Assembly (NCBI GenBank): GCA_030425805.1
Contig: JAUHZC010000001.1
Location: 301,302-365,301, forward strand
From: Alphaproteobacteria bacterium
GTDB taxonomy: Bacteria; Pseudomonadota; Alphaproteobacteria; JAUHZC01
Length of the DNA: 64,000 nt
Reading direction: 5' to 3'
Part shown: positions 9,784 to 18,310 of the stretch, one piece after another
How positions within the stretch are numbered: position 1 is the stretch's first letter
Layout of the letters: the number at the start of each line of letters is the position of its first letter
Made by a program: the position numbers and the translations under genes
Notes under the pieces: generated by a model
What the model saw: the letters and a program-made list of their open reading frames with translations, nothing else
What the model was told of the DNA's origin: nothing
The model's database searches: none

Positions 9784-10695
9784 ATGCTCAAAACCCTCCT
9801 TCCGGTTCTTGCTGTTCTGATTCTTGTTGGATGTGCAAAGCCTAAAGAATCTCTGATTCCCGCTGCACGCCTTGAGAAGTTGAAAGAGGCCTATAGCGTC
9901 TCTGAGAAAAAAGCTATTCAGCTAGATCTTAAAAACATTCGACAGATTCTCTTCAAAGGAGCATCCCCTGCCCTTCAACACCCAATTTATGTTGCAACAG
10001 CTGGTGGCCCTGGGGCTCTAAAAAGCACAACTCTTGAAAAATTTTTAGCCCAAAACAGGAGTCTTTTTGAAGACTCAGGGGTTGTTTATACAGACCCCGA
10101 TGCTCGTGGCCTGAAACTCATGGCGCACACTTATCATAGCCAGGGACTTTCATTCTATAGGATTGCTGAAGACAATAGTTTTCAAAAAACACAAAAAGCA
10201 GCCTATGAAAAATGGCGGAACGCTTCAAATCTGATTGCTTATACATTGTTGAATGAAGCAGCTGAAAAAAGATGTCACATAGCCCATGGCACAACATCTT
10301 CTTCCCCTAGCATTGCTGATCTCTACAGGGGGTTGAAAGAACGTGGCTATAAAATCATTCTCCTCCTCTGCGGTGCATCTGACAAAACCCGAATGGAAGC
10401 AACGACACATCGCATGCAAGCCCAGGCAAACTATCAGGCAACCCCAGAAGATATTCGCGCTAAAGGCTTGGCTTTCATTGAGCGATTTCCGATATATCTG
10501 CAATACGCAGATGAACTCTGGTTTTACTGGAGCACCTCTCATAAAACAGGCAGAAAGCTCGTTGCTCGTTTCTCTGATGAGCGCTTAACAGTTCTCGACA
10601 AATTAGGTTTTATGGCTTTTCGTTCCTACTATGAAGGTATGCGCCGGAAGCATCATCTCACCACACCTTCTTTTGATGAGATGTTTAGCATTTGA
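9784..10695 (+). CDS. lipoprotein with zeta-toxin/P-loop-kinase-like domain (degenerate Walker A)
   Basis: Lipobox LVGC. GGPGALKST sits where a Walker A GxxxxGK[ST] is expected. The downstream layout, TDPDARG... and HGTTSS..GYKIILLL, resembles zeta-type kinases. Confidence 0.45.
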   Translation: MLKTLLPVLAVLILVGCAKPKESLIPAARLEKLKEAYSVSEKKAIQLDLKNIRQILFKGASPALQHPIYVATAGGPGALKSTTLEKFLAQNRSLFEDSGVVYTDPDARGLKLMAHTYHSQGLSFYRIAEDNSFQKTQKAAYEKWRNASNLIAYTLLNEAAEKRCHIAHGTTSSSPSIADLYRGLKERGYKIILLLCGASDKTRMEATTHRMQAQANYQATPEDIRAKGLAFIERFPIYLQYADELWFYWSTSHKTGRKLVARFSDERLTVLDKLGFMAFRSYYEGMRRKHHLTTPSFDEMFSI

Positions 10696-10774
10696 AGGAT
10701 AAAAGCGAACAGCCCCCAACCCTTGTCAAAAGCCGTGAAATTCTGTATCAATAGGGGGTAAGACTTGGTGATAT

Positions 10775-11419
10775 GTGTTTAGTAACCTGCTGATTTTTGA
10801 TTCTCTGTTTTTCAATGCCATGCTGATTGGTATCTCTATTGCAGCTCCTATTGGTCCTGTAGCGATTATGTGCATGCGTTACAGCCTTGTCCAAGGGGTA
10901 GGAGCAGGTCTCAGCATGGGACTTGGAACTTCTATGGCAGATGCTCTTATTGGTGTGACTGTCGGGCTTGCGATGGGGGCTGTATCAGAAATGCTTTCGC
11001 AAATTGCTTTCTGGACAAAGATTGTGGGGGGTGGATTCCTCATTCTTTGGGGAATAAAAACTCTTTTAGCAAAAGTTGATTCGGGAAATAAAATCAAGCT
11101 TCGTTATGATAAAAAGCCTATGATAACAGCCTTTGGGTTTATGTTTACAATTGCTAGCCCTTCAACTGTTCTCCTCTTTATAACCGTTTTCTCAGCTCTG
11201 GCAGGGCCAACAATTACCCTGAATGAAACCTATGCTCTTTCCTCAGGTATCTTTACAGGTTCTTTTCTCTGGTGGATCTTGATTGCCTCCGTCATGTCAG
11301 CAACAGGAAAGCGCTTGGGCAAAAACTGGCTCAACCGTATCAATCAACTTGCTTCAGCTATTATCATTATCTTTGGCGGCCTTGCGATTGCACACGGCCT
11401 CATGGGGCACTACAGCTAG
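10775..11419 (+). CDS. LysE-family amino-acid exporter
   Basis: GTG start. About 6 TM helices, with N-terminal GISIAAPIGPVAIMC typical of LysE/ArgO. Confidence 0.8.
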   Translation: MFSNLLIFDSLFFNAMLIGISIAAPIGPVAIMCMRYSLVQGVGAGLSMGLGTSMADALIGVTVGLAMGAVSEMLSQIAFWTKIVGGGFLILWGIKTLLAKVDSGNKIKLRYDKKPMITAFGFMFTIASPSTVLLFITVFSALAGPTITLNETYALSSGIFTGSFLWWILIASVMSATGKRLGKNWLNRINQLASAIIIIFGGLAIAHGLMGHYS

Positions 11420-11488
11420 GAAATCTGAATTCTTCCCTTTCATTCTCAGGCTCCCTCGCGTAGACTAGGGGCAATACAGGGGGTCAGC

Positions 11489-13270
11489 GTGGTTGAGCAA
11501 TTTCTTATTGTTGGCATTTTAGCCGTTTTGCTGTTTTTCTTTATCTATGGAAACATTCGGTATGACTTTGTAGCTCTCATGGGCCTTGCAGCTTGTGGGC
11601 TTCTGGGGCTCATTCCGGCAAAAGAGCTGTTTTCTGGATTTGGCCATCCTGCAACAATGACGGTTGCTCTTGTTTTGATGTTGAGCTTTGCCCTGACTCG
11701 CAGTGGGGCAACCTCCTTCATGTCTGATTCAGCAACATCTCTTTCAAAAAAACCCCAAACCCAACTGTTCATCCTCATGGCTTTGGCCTGTGTCTTGTCC
11801 ATGTTTATGAACAATGTAGGGGCACTGGCTTTAATCATGCCGGTTGTGATTCATATTGCGACAACAAATCAAATCCCTCTTGGCAAAATTCTGATGCCGC
11901 TCTCTTTTGGTTCAATCTTGGGGGGTATGGTCACACTTATTGGAACTCCCCCCAACATCATTATTGCCTCCTATCGAGCTGATGTCGTTGGTACTCCTTT
12001 CCAAATGTTTGACTTCACTCCGGTAGGTTTAACGCTTGCCGTTAGTGGTGTTCTTTTTGTTTTTTTTATTGGATATCGTTTTCTCAAAGTCTCTGATAAA
12101 ACAACAATTGGGGATGATCACTTTGAAATTGATAACTATCTGTTTCAGGCCCGCGTGACAGAAGACTCCAAAATTGTTCATAAAACTTTTGGAGAGATCC
12201 ATAAAGCACTAAGAGAACTTGAAATCGAAATCGTCAGTGTTGTCTCTAATGCCCGTACAATCACTGTTTTATCAAAACAATTTACCTTTAAACCTGGTGA
12301 CATGGTTTTGCTCGAAGGGAGCCAGGAGAAGATTCAAAAAGCCATTGAAAAGCAAAAGCTCGTTCTGGTTCCTGCAGATTCCCAACGAGCGGAAGTTTTA
12401 CATTCTAAAGATACTGAAATGGTGGAAGTGATGATTGGTCCTGGCTCACGCCTTCATCAGCGCCTCGTTGAAAGCGTGCGCTTCCGCTCCTACTTCAAGG
12501 TCAATCTCCTTGGTCTCTACCGGGAAGGGCTCATCCACCGAGGACATCTTGGAAACTTCCGCTTGAAGGTTGGGGATATACTGCTTCTCCACGGGGAAAA
12601 AGAAGCTCTCTCCACTATTGTTCAGCGTTTGTCTTGCCTCCCCTTACGCAGCCGCCCACAAGAGCTCCAAACTCCTAGGAGTGGGCAAATGGCTCTAGCC
12701 ATCTTCCTTCTCAGTATTTCTTGTGCTGCAGCGGGCTTGATTTCCCTTCAAGTTGCTTTTCTCATCGCCATTGTTTCTATGATTATCCTTGGCCTCGCCC
12801 CCTCCCAAGAAATATATCAAAATGTAGATTGGTCCGTTGTAATTCTTCTGGGAGCCATGATTCCAATTGGAAGCGTTCTTGAAAGCTCTGGAGTTACAAG
12901 AATTATCGCTGAATTTTTGGCTCACCCTAAATTTTCTTTCCCAGACTGGGCCCTCCTTGCAATGCTGATGGTTATCACAATGACACTCTCAGATGTCCTG
13001 AATAATGCAACCACCACCCTTTTAATGGCCCCAATCGCAAAGGATGTAGCCTTTGAACTTGGGGTAAATCCAGATCCCTTTTTCATGGCTGTTGCTATTG
13101 GAGCCTCTTGTGCCTTTCTGACCCCCATCGGCCACCAAAACAATATCCTTGTTATGGGCCCAGGGGGGTATAAGTTCTCAGACTACTGGCGCCTTGGACT
13201 TCCCCTAGAGATCTTAATTGTACTTTCCGGCATTCCATTGATCATGCACTTTTGGCCTTTACATGCTTAA
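11489..13270 (+). CDS. SLC13/DASS-family permease with central TrkA-C domains
   Basis: Hairpin motifs MFMNNVGALALIMPV and SDVLNNATTTLLMAPI. A roughly 200-aa soluble insert has two RCK_C-like repeats. Confidence 0.85.
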   Translation: MVEQFLIVGILAVLLFFFIYGNIRYDFVALMGLAACGLLGLIPAKELFSGFGHPATMTVALVLMLSFALTRSGATSFMSDSATSLSKKPQTQLFILMALACVLSMFMNNVGALALIMPVVIHIATTNQIPLGKILMPLSFGSILGGMVTLIGTPPNIIIASYRADVVGTPFQMFDFTPVGLTLAVSGVLFVFFIGYRFLKVSDKTTIGDDHFEIDNYLFQARVTEDSKIVHKTFGEIHKALRELEIEIVSVVSNARTITVLSKQFTFKPGDMVLLEGSQEKIQKAIEKQKLVLVPADSQRAEVLHSKDTEMVEVMIGPGSRLHQRLVESVRFRSYFKVNLLGLYREGLIHRGHLGNFRLKVGDILLLHGEKEALSTIVQRLSCLPLRSRPQELQTPRSGQMALAIFLLSISCAAAGLISLQVAFLIAIVSMIILGLAPSQEIYQNVDWSVVILLGAMIPIGSVLESSGVTRIIAEFLAHPKFSFPDWALLAMLMVITMTLSDVLNNATTTLLMAPIAKDVAFELGVNPDPFFMAVAIGASCAFLTPIGHQNNILVMGPGGYKFSDYWRLGLPLEILIVLSGIPLIMHFWPLHA

Positions 13271-14336
13271 GTTGTTTGAACAGCTTCCTGTACCTGTCTT
13301 CGAGCCTGCTGCTGTCTCTGAAAAAGATACTCTCCTCCAAAAAACCGTTTCATTAGGCTGCACAGACCTTCACCTCAGCGCAGAAGAAGAAGGGTATAGT
13401 CTCAGTGTCCGCTTAGATGGGCTCCTCCAAGAAGAACAAAACCTTTCCTCCGATGCTGGAGGGCGGCTTCTCAATCAGTTCAAAATTGCAGGAAGGATGA
13501 ATCTTTCTCTGCAACACCTTCCTCAAGACGGCCGGTTTTCATCTTTTATAGAAGGGCGGCAAATTGACTTTCGTCTTTCTACCCATCCGACCTTGTGGGG
13601 AGAAAAACTTGTGGTGCGCATTCTTGATCAAAAACGCGGACTTGTCAGCCTAGAAGAGCTTGGCTTCTCTCCCCATGTGATTCAAAGCCTGACTCAAATT
13701 CTGAAACGCCCAGATGGCCTTTTTGTGGTTGCGGGCCCAACAGGGGCAGGAAAGACCACAACACTCTATGCCCTTCTCCAAAAACTGCGTGACCCATCTC
13801 TCAATATTGTAACTCTTGAGGCACCCGTTGAGTATCGCCTCCAGGGCATTCACCAAACCGATGCCCAAGAGCGGGGAATGACTTTCGCCGAAGGTCTCAG
13901 ATCCTTGTTACGCCAAGACCCAGATATTATTTTGGTTGGAGAAATTCGGGATGAAGAGACAGCCCAGATGGCTCTGCGTGCTGCGATGACAGGACACCGC
14001 GTTCTTACAACTATCCACACCCAAAATGCATTTGGTGTTTTCCCGCGTCTGCAAGAGCTTAAGATTTCCACCTCCCTGATTGCCGATCATGTAAGTGGTG
14101 TATTGTGTCAGCGTCTTCTCCGAAAAGCTTCTGGAACAGGGCGCTTTGCCATTGGGGAAATTCTTGCTGTTGAGGATAGGATCAAAGCGGCTCTTCGCAA
14201 GGACCATTCTGTTGAGGACTTAGCCCAGGCTGCTGCCCAAGCAGGATTCCGCCCTCTCATGACAGAAGCCCAGAGGCTTATGGCAGCAAAAAAAGTCACG
14301 CCTCAAGAGGTTGAACGTGTTCTTGGCAGTGTTTAA
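13263..14336 (+). CDS. GspE/PilB-family secretion ATPase, short form
   Basis: Walker A GPTGAGKTTT, Asp box TLEAPVEY, Walker B DPDIILVGEIRD, His box GHRVLTTIHT. There is no CxxC...CxxC zinc motif. Overlaps the upstream permease by 8 nt (ATGCTTAA). Confidence 0.85.
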   Translation: MLKLFEQLPVPVFEPAAVSEKDTLLQKTVSLGCTDLHLSAEEEGYSLSVRLDGLLQEEQNLSSDAGGRLLNQFKIAGRMNLSLQHLPQDGRFSSFIEGRQIDFRLSTHPTLWGEKLVVRILDQKRGLVSLEELGFSPHVIQSLTQILKRPDGLFVVAGPTGAGKTTTLYALLQKLRDPSLNIVTLEAPVEYRLQGIHQTDAQERGMTFAEGLRSLLRQDPDIILVGEIRDEETAQMALRAAMTGHRVLTTIHTQNAFGVFPRLQELKISTSLIADHVSGVLCQRLLRKASGTGRFAIGEILAVEDRIKAALRKDHSVEDLAQAAAQAGFRPLMTEAQRLMAAKKVTPQEVERVLGSV

Positions 14337-14340
14337 ACGC

Positions 14341-14367
14341 AAAAAAGGAGGCCTGAGCCTCCTTTTT
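14341..14367. terminator. bidirectional rho-independent terminator
   Basis: aaaaaaGGAGGCctgaGCCTCCttttt lies between convergent genes. Confidence 0.8.
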
Positions 14368-14390
14368 AAACTTTAAATTTATCCGTTTTT

Positions 14391-15770
14391 CTACCGGAGA
14401 TTCATCTCTCCTGTTTCAAAATGCTGCCGGTTATAGTTATTGGAATCAGCAGGATCAACGTATTTTCCTTCATACAATTTGCCGTCTGCCCAAAAACTGA
14501 GTAGCACTTCCAGAGGATCAACCCAGGCACCAGGCACGCCGATACGAGCCTCAACCCCGTAAAAATTACTGTCTCCAAAACCAAGCATGTTTCCCGTGAC
14601 CTTGTAATCATCTTTTGTGAAGCCTCGCCCTATTTTAACATCAGAAACAGCTTCTTTTGCATCTCCAAAGATTTTACCAAGCGTCCTGCGACCAAAGCTT
14701 TTGAGGATCTGAGAATCATTTGAAGAAATATAAACAATATCTCCTCTGCGATGCACAATTGCTGTCTCTTCAAAACGCTTTTGCATAGACTCTGCAAGTG
14801 GCGCTTTTGCAACCATCATCATATCCTCGAAGGCTTTCTTAAGCTCAGGAAAACTCTCAGCTTCTTTCAAGACATCGGCAAGAGAACGTCCTCTAAAGTA
14901 TCCACCACCCATGGTCTTATAACTGGGGTTTGGGAGTGTATTCAAAAGCTTATGTTCCTCATTAAATCCTTCAGCATTTGTATCATAGTAAGGAATCCCG
15001 CGCTTACCTGGAATACCAACTTTTTTCACCTCTACGGGGGTTTCAACCTCCACAGCTTCTGACTTTTCTTCAGCGACAACTTCTGGTGCTGGTGCAACCT
15101 CCTCAGCATAAGGATCAGGATTTTTGTAGGGAGCATACATAAATACATCACGGCCAAAACCCACATTAACCACGCCATCTGCAACAGAAACATTTGAGAT
15201 TTGGATAATTGTGCTTACACTAAAGACGTTACTATCTGGCACAACCCAGTTACCCGTTACTTTTGCTGATCCCACAAGAAAACCTCTGTGTGTATCAACA
15301 CCATTTACTTCATCTTTTCCACCTGTGGCTGCTTCATAAATATCTCCAATGGATCTTTTGCCAAAATCCTTAAGGAGGCCTTTATCATAAGAAGAGACAA
15401 AAATTTCCCCTTTCTTTCCATCCAATTGAACGACAGCCGTGCGCTTAAAACCCTCGAATTGATCTGCACTCAAAATCCCTTCAGCAACCGTGAGAAGTTT
15501 TTCCAAGCTTTCTTTTAGCCCCTCATGAGGCTCTGCAAGTTCTTGCAGTCTATCCAAAGGCATTCCCCCGAGAACACGCTTCTCAGAGTTCATATGACCA
15601 GGCCGCGGAATCTGATTTAGCACTTTGTGCAAATCTGTAAATCCTCGCATCTGAGGGTTGAAATACATTGACTTGATATTGGCGGCTGACACTTCTTTGG
15701 CATGCCCAGGAAGGGCTACCCCGACAGCAAACATAAAAAGAAATAAGGTAAAAAAACGTTTTGCAAGCAT
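14391..15770 (-). CDS. exported protein made of two tandem homologous ~190-aa domains
   Basis: Signal peptide. The two halves share Y..GF..HK.LN..P.P ... F..TA.V...G.I..SS.D..LK.FG.R..G.I ... RGF....KVTGN....DSN. Confidence 0.6.
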   Translation of the reverse strand: MLAKRFFTLFLFMFAVGVALPGHAKEVSAANIKSMYFNPQMRGFTDLHKVLNQIPRPGHMNSEKRVLGGMPLDRLQELAEPHEGLKESLEKLLTVAEGILSADQFEGFKRTAVVQLDGKKGEIFVSSYDKGLLKDFGKRSIGDIYEAATGGKDEVNGVDTHRGFLVGSAKVTGNWVVPDSNVFSVSTIIQISNVSVADGVVNVGFGRDVFMYAPYKNPDPYAEEVAPAPEVVAEEKSEAVEVETPVEVKKVGIPGKRGIPYYDTNAEGFNEEHKLLNTLPNPSYKTMGGGYFRGRSLADVLKEAESFPELKKAFEDMMMVAKAPLAESMQKRFEETAIVHRRGDIVYISSNDSQILKSFGRRTLGKIFGDAKEAVSDVKIGRGFTKDDYKVTGNMLGFGDSNFYGVEARIGVPGAWVDPLEVLLSFWADGKLYEGKYVDPADSNNYNRQHFETGEMNLR

Positions 15771-15965
15771 GGTGAAGGATTCTCCAGTTAGAACTATTCT
15801 TCCATTCTCGAATCCAATGTTTAATGAATCGTTAACGTACCTTCTTCTTCTGCAGAAAACTCTCTATAAAATGGGAATGTAATAAATTGTTACCCTTCTT
15901 CACCTATTCAATAAGCGTGTTGGGATGTAGAATATAAATCTAAGAAATGTGAACAGAGGATTTCC

Positions 15966-17315
15966 ATGACTCAAAAGCTCTTCGGTACAGACGGTATTCG
16001 CGGTAAGGCCAACCAATACCCTATGGATCCTCAGACCGTTCTCTCTGTTGCCATTGGTGCAGGATTGACTTTTGGTGAGTTCAAGGAAAAGCCCCGAGTT
16101 CTCATCGGAAAGGACACGCGCCGCTCTGGCTACATGGTTGAAAATGCCCTCACAGCAGGCTTTATCAGTGTTGGCTGGGATGTCCTTCTTGTGGGTCCCC
16201 TCCCTACCCCAGCAGTTGCGATGCTCACAAAATCTTTGCGGGCAGACCTCGGTGTGATGATCTCTGCGTCCCATAATCCCTTTGATGATAATGGACTCAA
16301 GGTTTTTAATGCAGATGGTAAAAAGCTTACAACAGCTCAAGAGATTGAAATTGCAGAGAATGCCCTGAATGGGCACCAATTTCTATCTTCCCCTTCAGGC
16401 ATGGGAAAAGCGACACGCTTTGATGACGCTCAGGGTCGTTATGTCGAATTCGTCAAGAATACATTCAAAAAAGACATGACACTCAAAGGGCTCAAGATTG
16501 TCCTAGATTGTGCCCATGGCGCAGCTTATAAGGTTGCTCCTGAAGTTTTCTGGGAACTCGGAGCAGATGTCATAACGATGAATGCCCAACCTGATGGTTT
16601 TAATATCAATAAAAATTGTGGTGCCCTCCACCCTGAAGGGCTGGCAGAACGGGTTCTTGCAGAGCAAGCAGATATTGGCATTGCCCTGGATGGGGATGCA
16701 GACCGCCTCATTGTTGTGAACGAGAAGGGAATCACGCTTGATGGAGACCATATCTTGGCCCTTCTTGCAACGTACCGTAAGGCTGAAGACCGCCTCCCCG
16801 AGAATAAACTCATTACAACCGTAATGTCGAATATGGGGCTTGAACAATACCTCCAGAATGAAGGTATTACCATGCTTCGTGCCCCAGTAGGAGACCGCTA
16901 TGTTAGCGAGCTTATGGAAAAGGAAGGAGCAGCTCTAGGAGGAGAAGCCTCCGGTCATATCATCTTCAAAGAGTGCGCCACTACAGGAGATGGGCTCATT
17001 GCGGCCCTTCAACTTCTAGAAGTTCTTGTAGCATCTGGAGAGCCTCTATCCCGCATCGATCACCCTTATGAAGCTTTCCCACAGCTCCTCAATAACTATT
17101 CCTTTGAAAAAGATCCCACAGCACCAGATGCACCGGCTCAGGTCTATTTCAAGGAAATTGAAGAAGGACTCGGCAACAAAGGCCGCCTTCTCATTCGCCG
17201 TTCGGGTACAGAGCCCCTCCTGCGCGTCATGGTGGAAGGAGAGACAGAAGCTCTTATACAAAGCACAGCAAACAATATAGAGAAGTATTTAAAATCAGAA
17301 AACTACATTTATTGA
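15966..17315 (+). CDS. glmM: phosphoglucosamine mutase
   Basis: KLFGTDGIRG N-terminus and phosphoserine loop SASHNPFDDNG. Confidence 0.95.
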   Translation: MTQKLFGTDGIRGKANQYPMDPQTVLSVAIGAGLTFGEFKEKPRVLIGKDTRRSGYMVENALTAGFISVGWDVLLVGPLPTPAVAMLTKSLRADLGVMISASHNPFDDNGLKVFNADGKKLTTAQEIEIAENALNGHQFLSSPSGMGKATRFDDAQGRYVEFVKNTFKKDMTLKGLKIVLDCAHGAAYKVAPEVFWELGADVITMNAQPDGFNINKNCGALHPEGLAERVLAEQADIGIALDGDADRLIVVNEKGITLDGDHILALLATYRKAEDRLPENKLITTVMSNMGLEQYLQNEGITMLRAPVGDRYVSELMEKEGAALGGEASGHIIFKECATTGDGLIAALQLLEVLVASGEPLSRIDHPYEAFPQLLNNYSFEKDPTAPDAPAQVYFKEIEEGLGNKGRLLIRRSGTEPLLRVMVEGETEALIQSTANNIEKYLKSENYIY

Positions 17316-17372
17316 CATTAATAAAAAATTATACTTTTCCTTGTACATTATTCTTATAAAAACCATCAAAGG

Positions 17373-17747
17373 ATGCGAATTATGTACAAGTCACTTTATG
17401 CTCTTCTTCTTGCAACAGCTTTGAGCGCCCCTGCAGCCCATGCGGAGACTGATATCGCCAGCACACTTCTTGGAAAGGTGCGCGAAGGCGTTGAAGAAAC
17501 ATCTTCTGCAGCTAAAGCTGATGCTGTAGGCGCTGTTGAAGAAAAAGAAAAAGGCTTCTGGGATGGTCTCTTTGGAGGCAAAAAAGAAGAAGCTGCTGAA
17601 GAAGAATCTGAAGATGAAGAGTCTGCAGATACTGAAGATGAATCTGATAACGAAGGCGATGAAGCCAAAGCTGATGAAAAAAAAGCTGATGAAGACGTAA
17701 AAAAAGAAGAAAAGAAAGCTGAGGAAGACGTAAAAGACGAAGAATAA
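17373..17747 (+). CDS. exported acidic low-complexity protein
   Basis: Signal peptide ending AHA-ETD, followed by an E/D/K-rich tail with repeated KADE..KKEEKKAEEDVK. Confidence 0.5.
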   Translation: MRIMYKSLYALLLATALSAPAAHAETDIASTLLGKVREGVEETSSAAKADAVGAVEEKEKGFWDGLFGGKKEEAAEEESEDEESADTEDESDNEGDEAKADEKKADEDVKKEEKKAEEDVKDEE

Positions 17748-17776
17748 ATCGTCTCTCTAGATAATTACTACCAAGA

Positions 17777-17800
17777 GCCTCCCTTCCGGGGGGCTTTTTT
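17777..17800 (+). terminator. rho-independent terminator
   Basis: GCCTCCCttccGGGGGGC followed by tttttt. Confidence 0.75.
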
Positions 17801-17822
17801 AATACAAGCATATTAGGAAATA

Positions 17823-17900
17823 TGGGGCGAGTGACCGGAATTGAACCGGCGACCTCCAGTGCCACAAACTGGCGCTCTAACCAACTGAGCTACACCCGCC
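17823..17900 (-). tRNA. tRNA-His (GTG)
   Basis: Folded by hand into a cloverleaf. G-1 pairs with C73, the D arm is GCTC/GAGC, the anticodon loop is TTGTGGC, the T arm is GCCGG/CCGGT, and CCA is encoded. Confidence 0.9.
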
Positions 17901-17989
17901 ATAAACGGAATGTGCCATATATCGCATATCCCCCGTTCCCCCGTCAATCCTAAATCTCCAGAAGATAAGGTTTTCAACGGACCGCTCTT

Positions 17990-18195
17990 TATCGAAATTC
18001 CAGCGAAGGCTGGAATCCAGGAGGAATTTCTTCCCTGCGAAAGCAGAGGCTTATTTTTATTTAAGAAGAGAAAACAAGAGCCATGCTCTTGTTCAGAGCT
18101 GAGTTCCTGGACCCCGGATCAAGTCCGGGGTTTCTGTGGGGCTTCACTTTTCTTTGTCACTGCGAGAAGTAAAGCGACGCGGCAGTCCACAGACA
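17990..18195. repeat. cluster of short palindromic (REP/RPE-like) hairpin elements
   Basis: Hairpins at 17997-18016 (attccagc gaag gctggaat), 18073-18093 (aacaagagc cat gctcttgtt) and 18111-18131 (accccgga tcaag tccggggt), plus an imperfect hairpin around 18157-18190 (cactgcgag..gcggcagt). Read as protein, the first gives the IPAKAGIQ-type pseudo-peptide typical of such repeats. Confidence 0.7.
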
Positions 18196-18310
18196 AAATA
18201 GACTAGACCTCTGTGCCTTTGCCAGCGACTTTTATTCCAGCCCTTTCAAATCCGCTAAAAATTTGATTTTATTGTCATATCACCCTATTTATGCAAAAAA
18301 AAGAACTTCA

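Noticed and set aside
15900-16379. 159-aa minus-strand ORF
   Set aside because: It is antisense to the 5' part of glmM, and its Cys/Arg-rich composition is typical of a shadow frame.
17910-18206. 98-aa ORF next to tRNA-His
   Set aside because: It is assembled from palindromic repeat elements, giving IPAKAGIQ-type and TPDQVRG-type pseudo-peptides. It is not a real gene.
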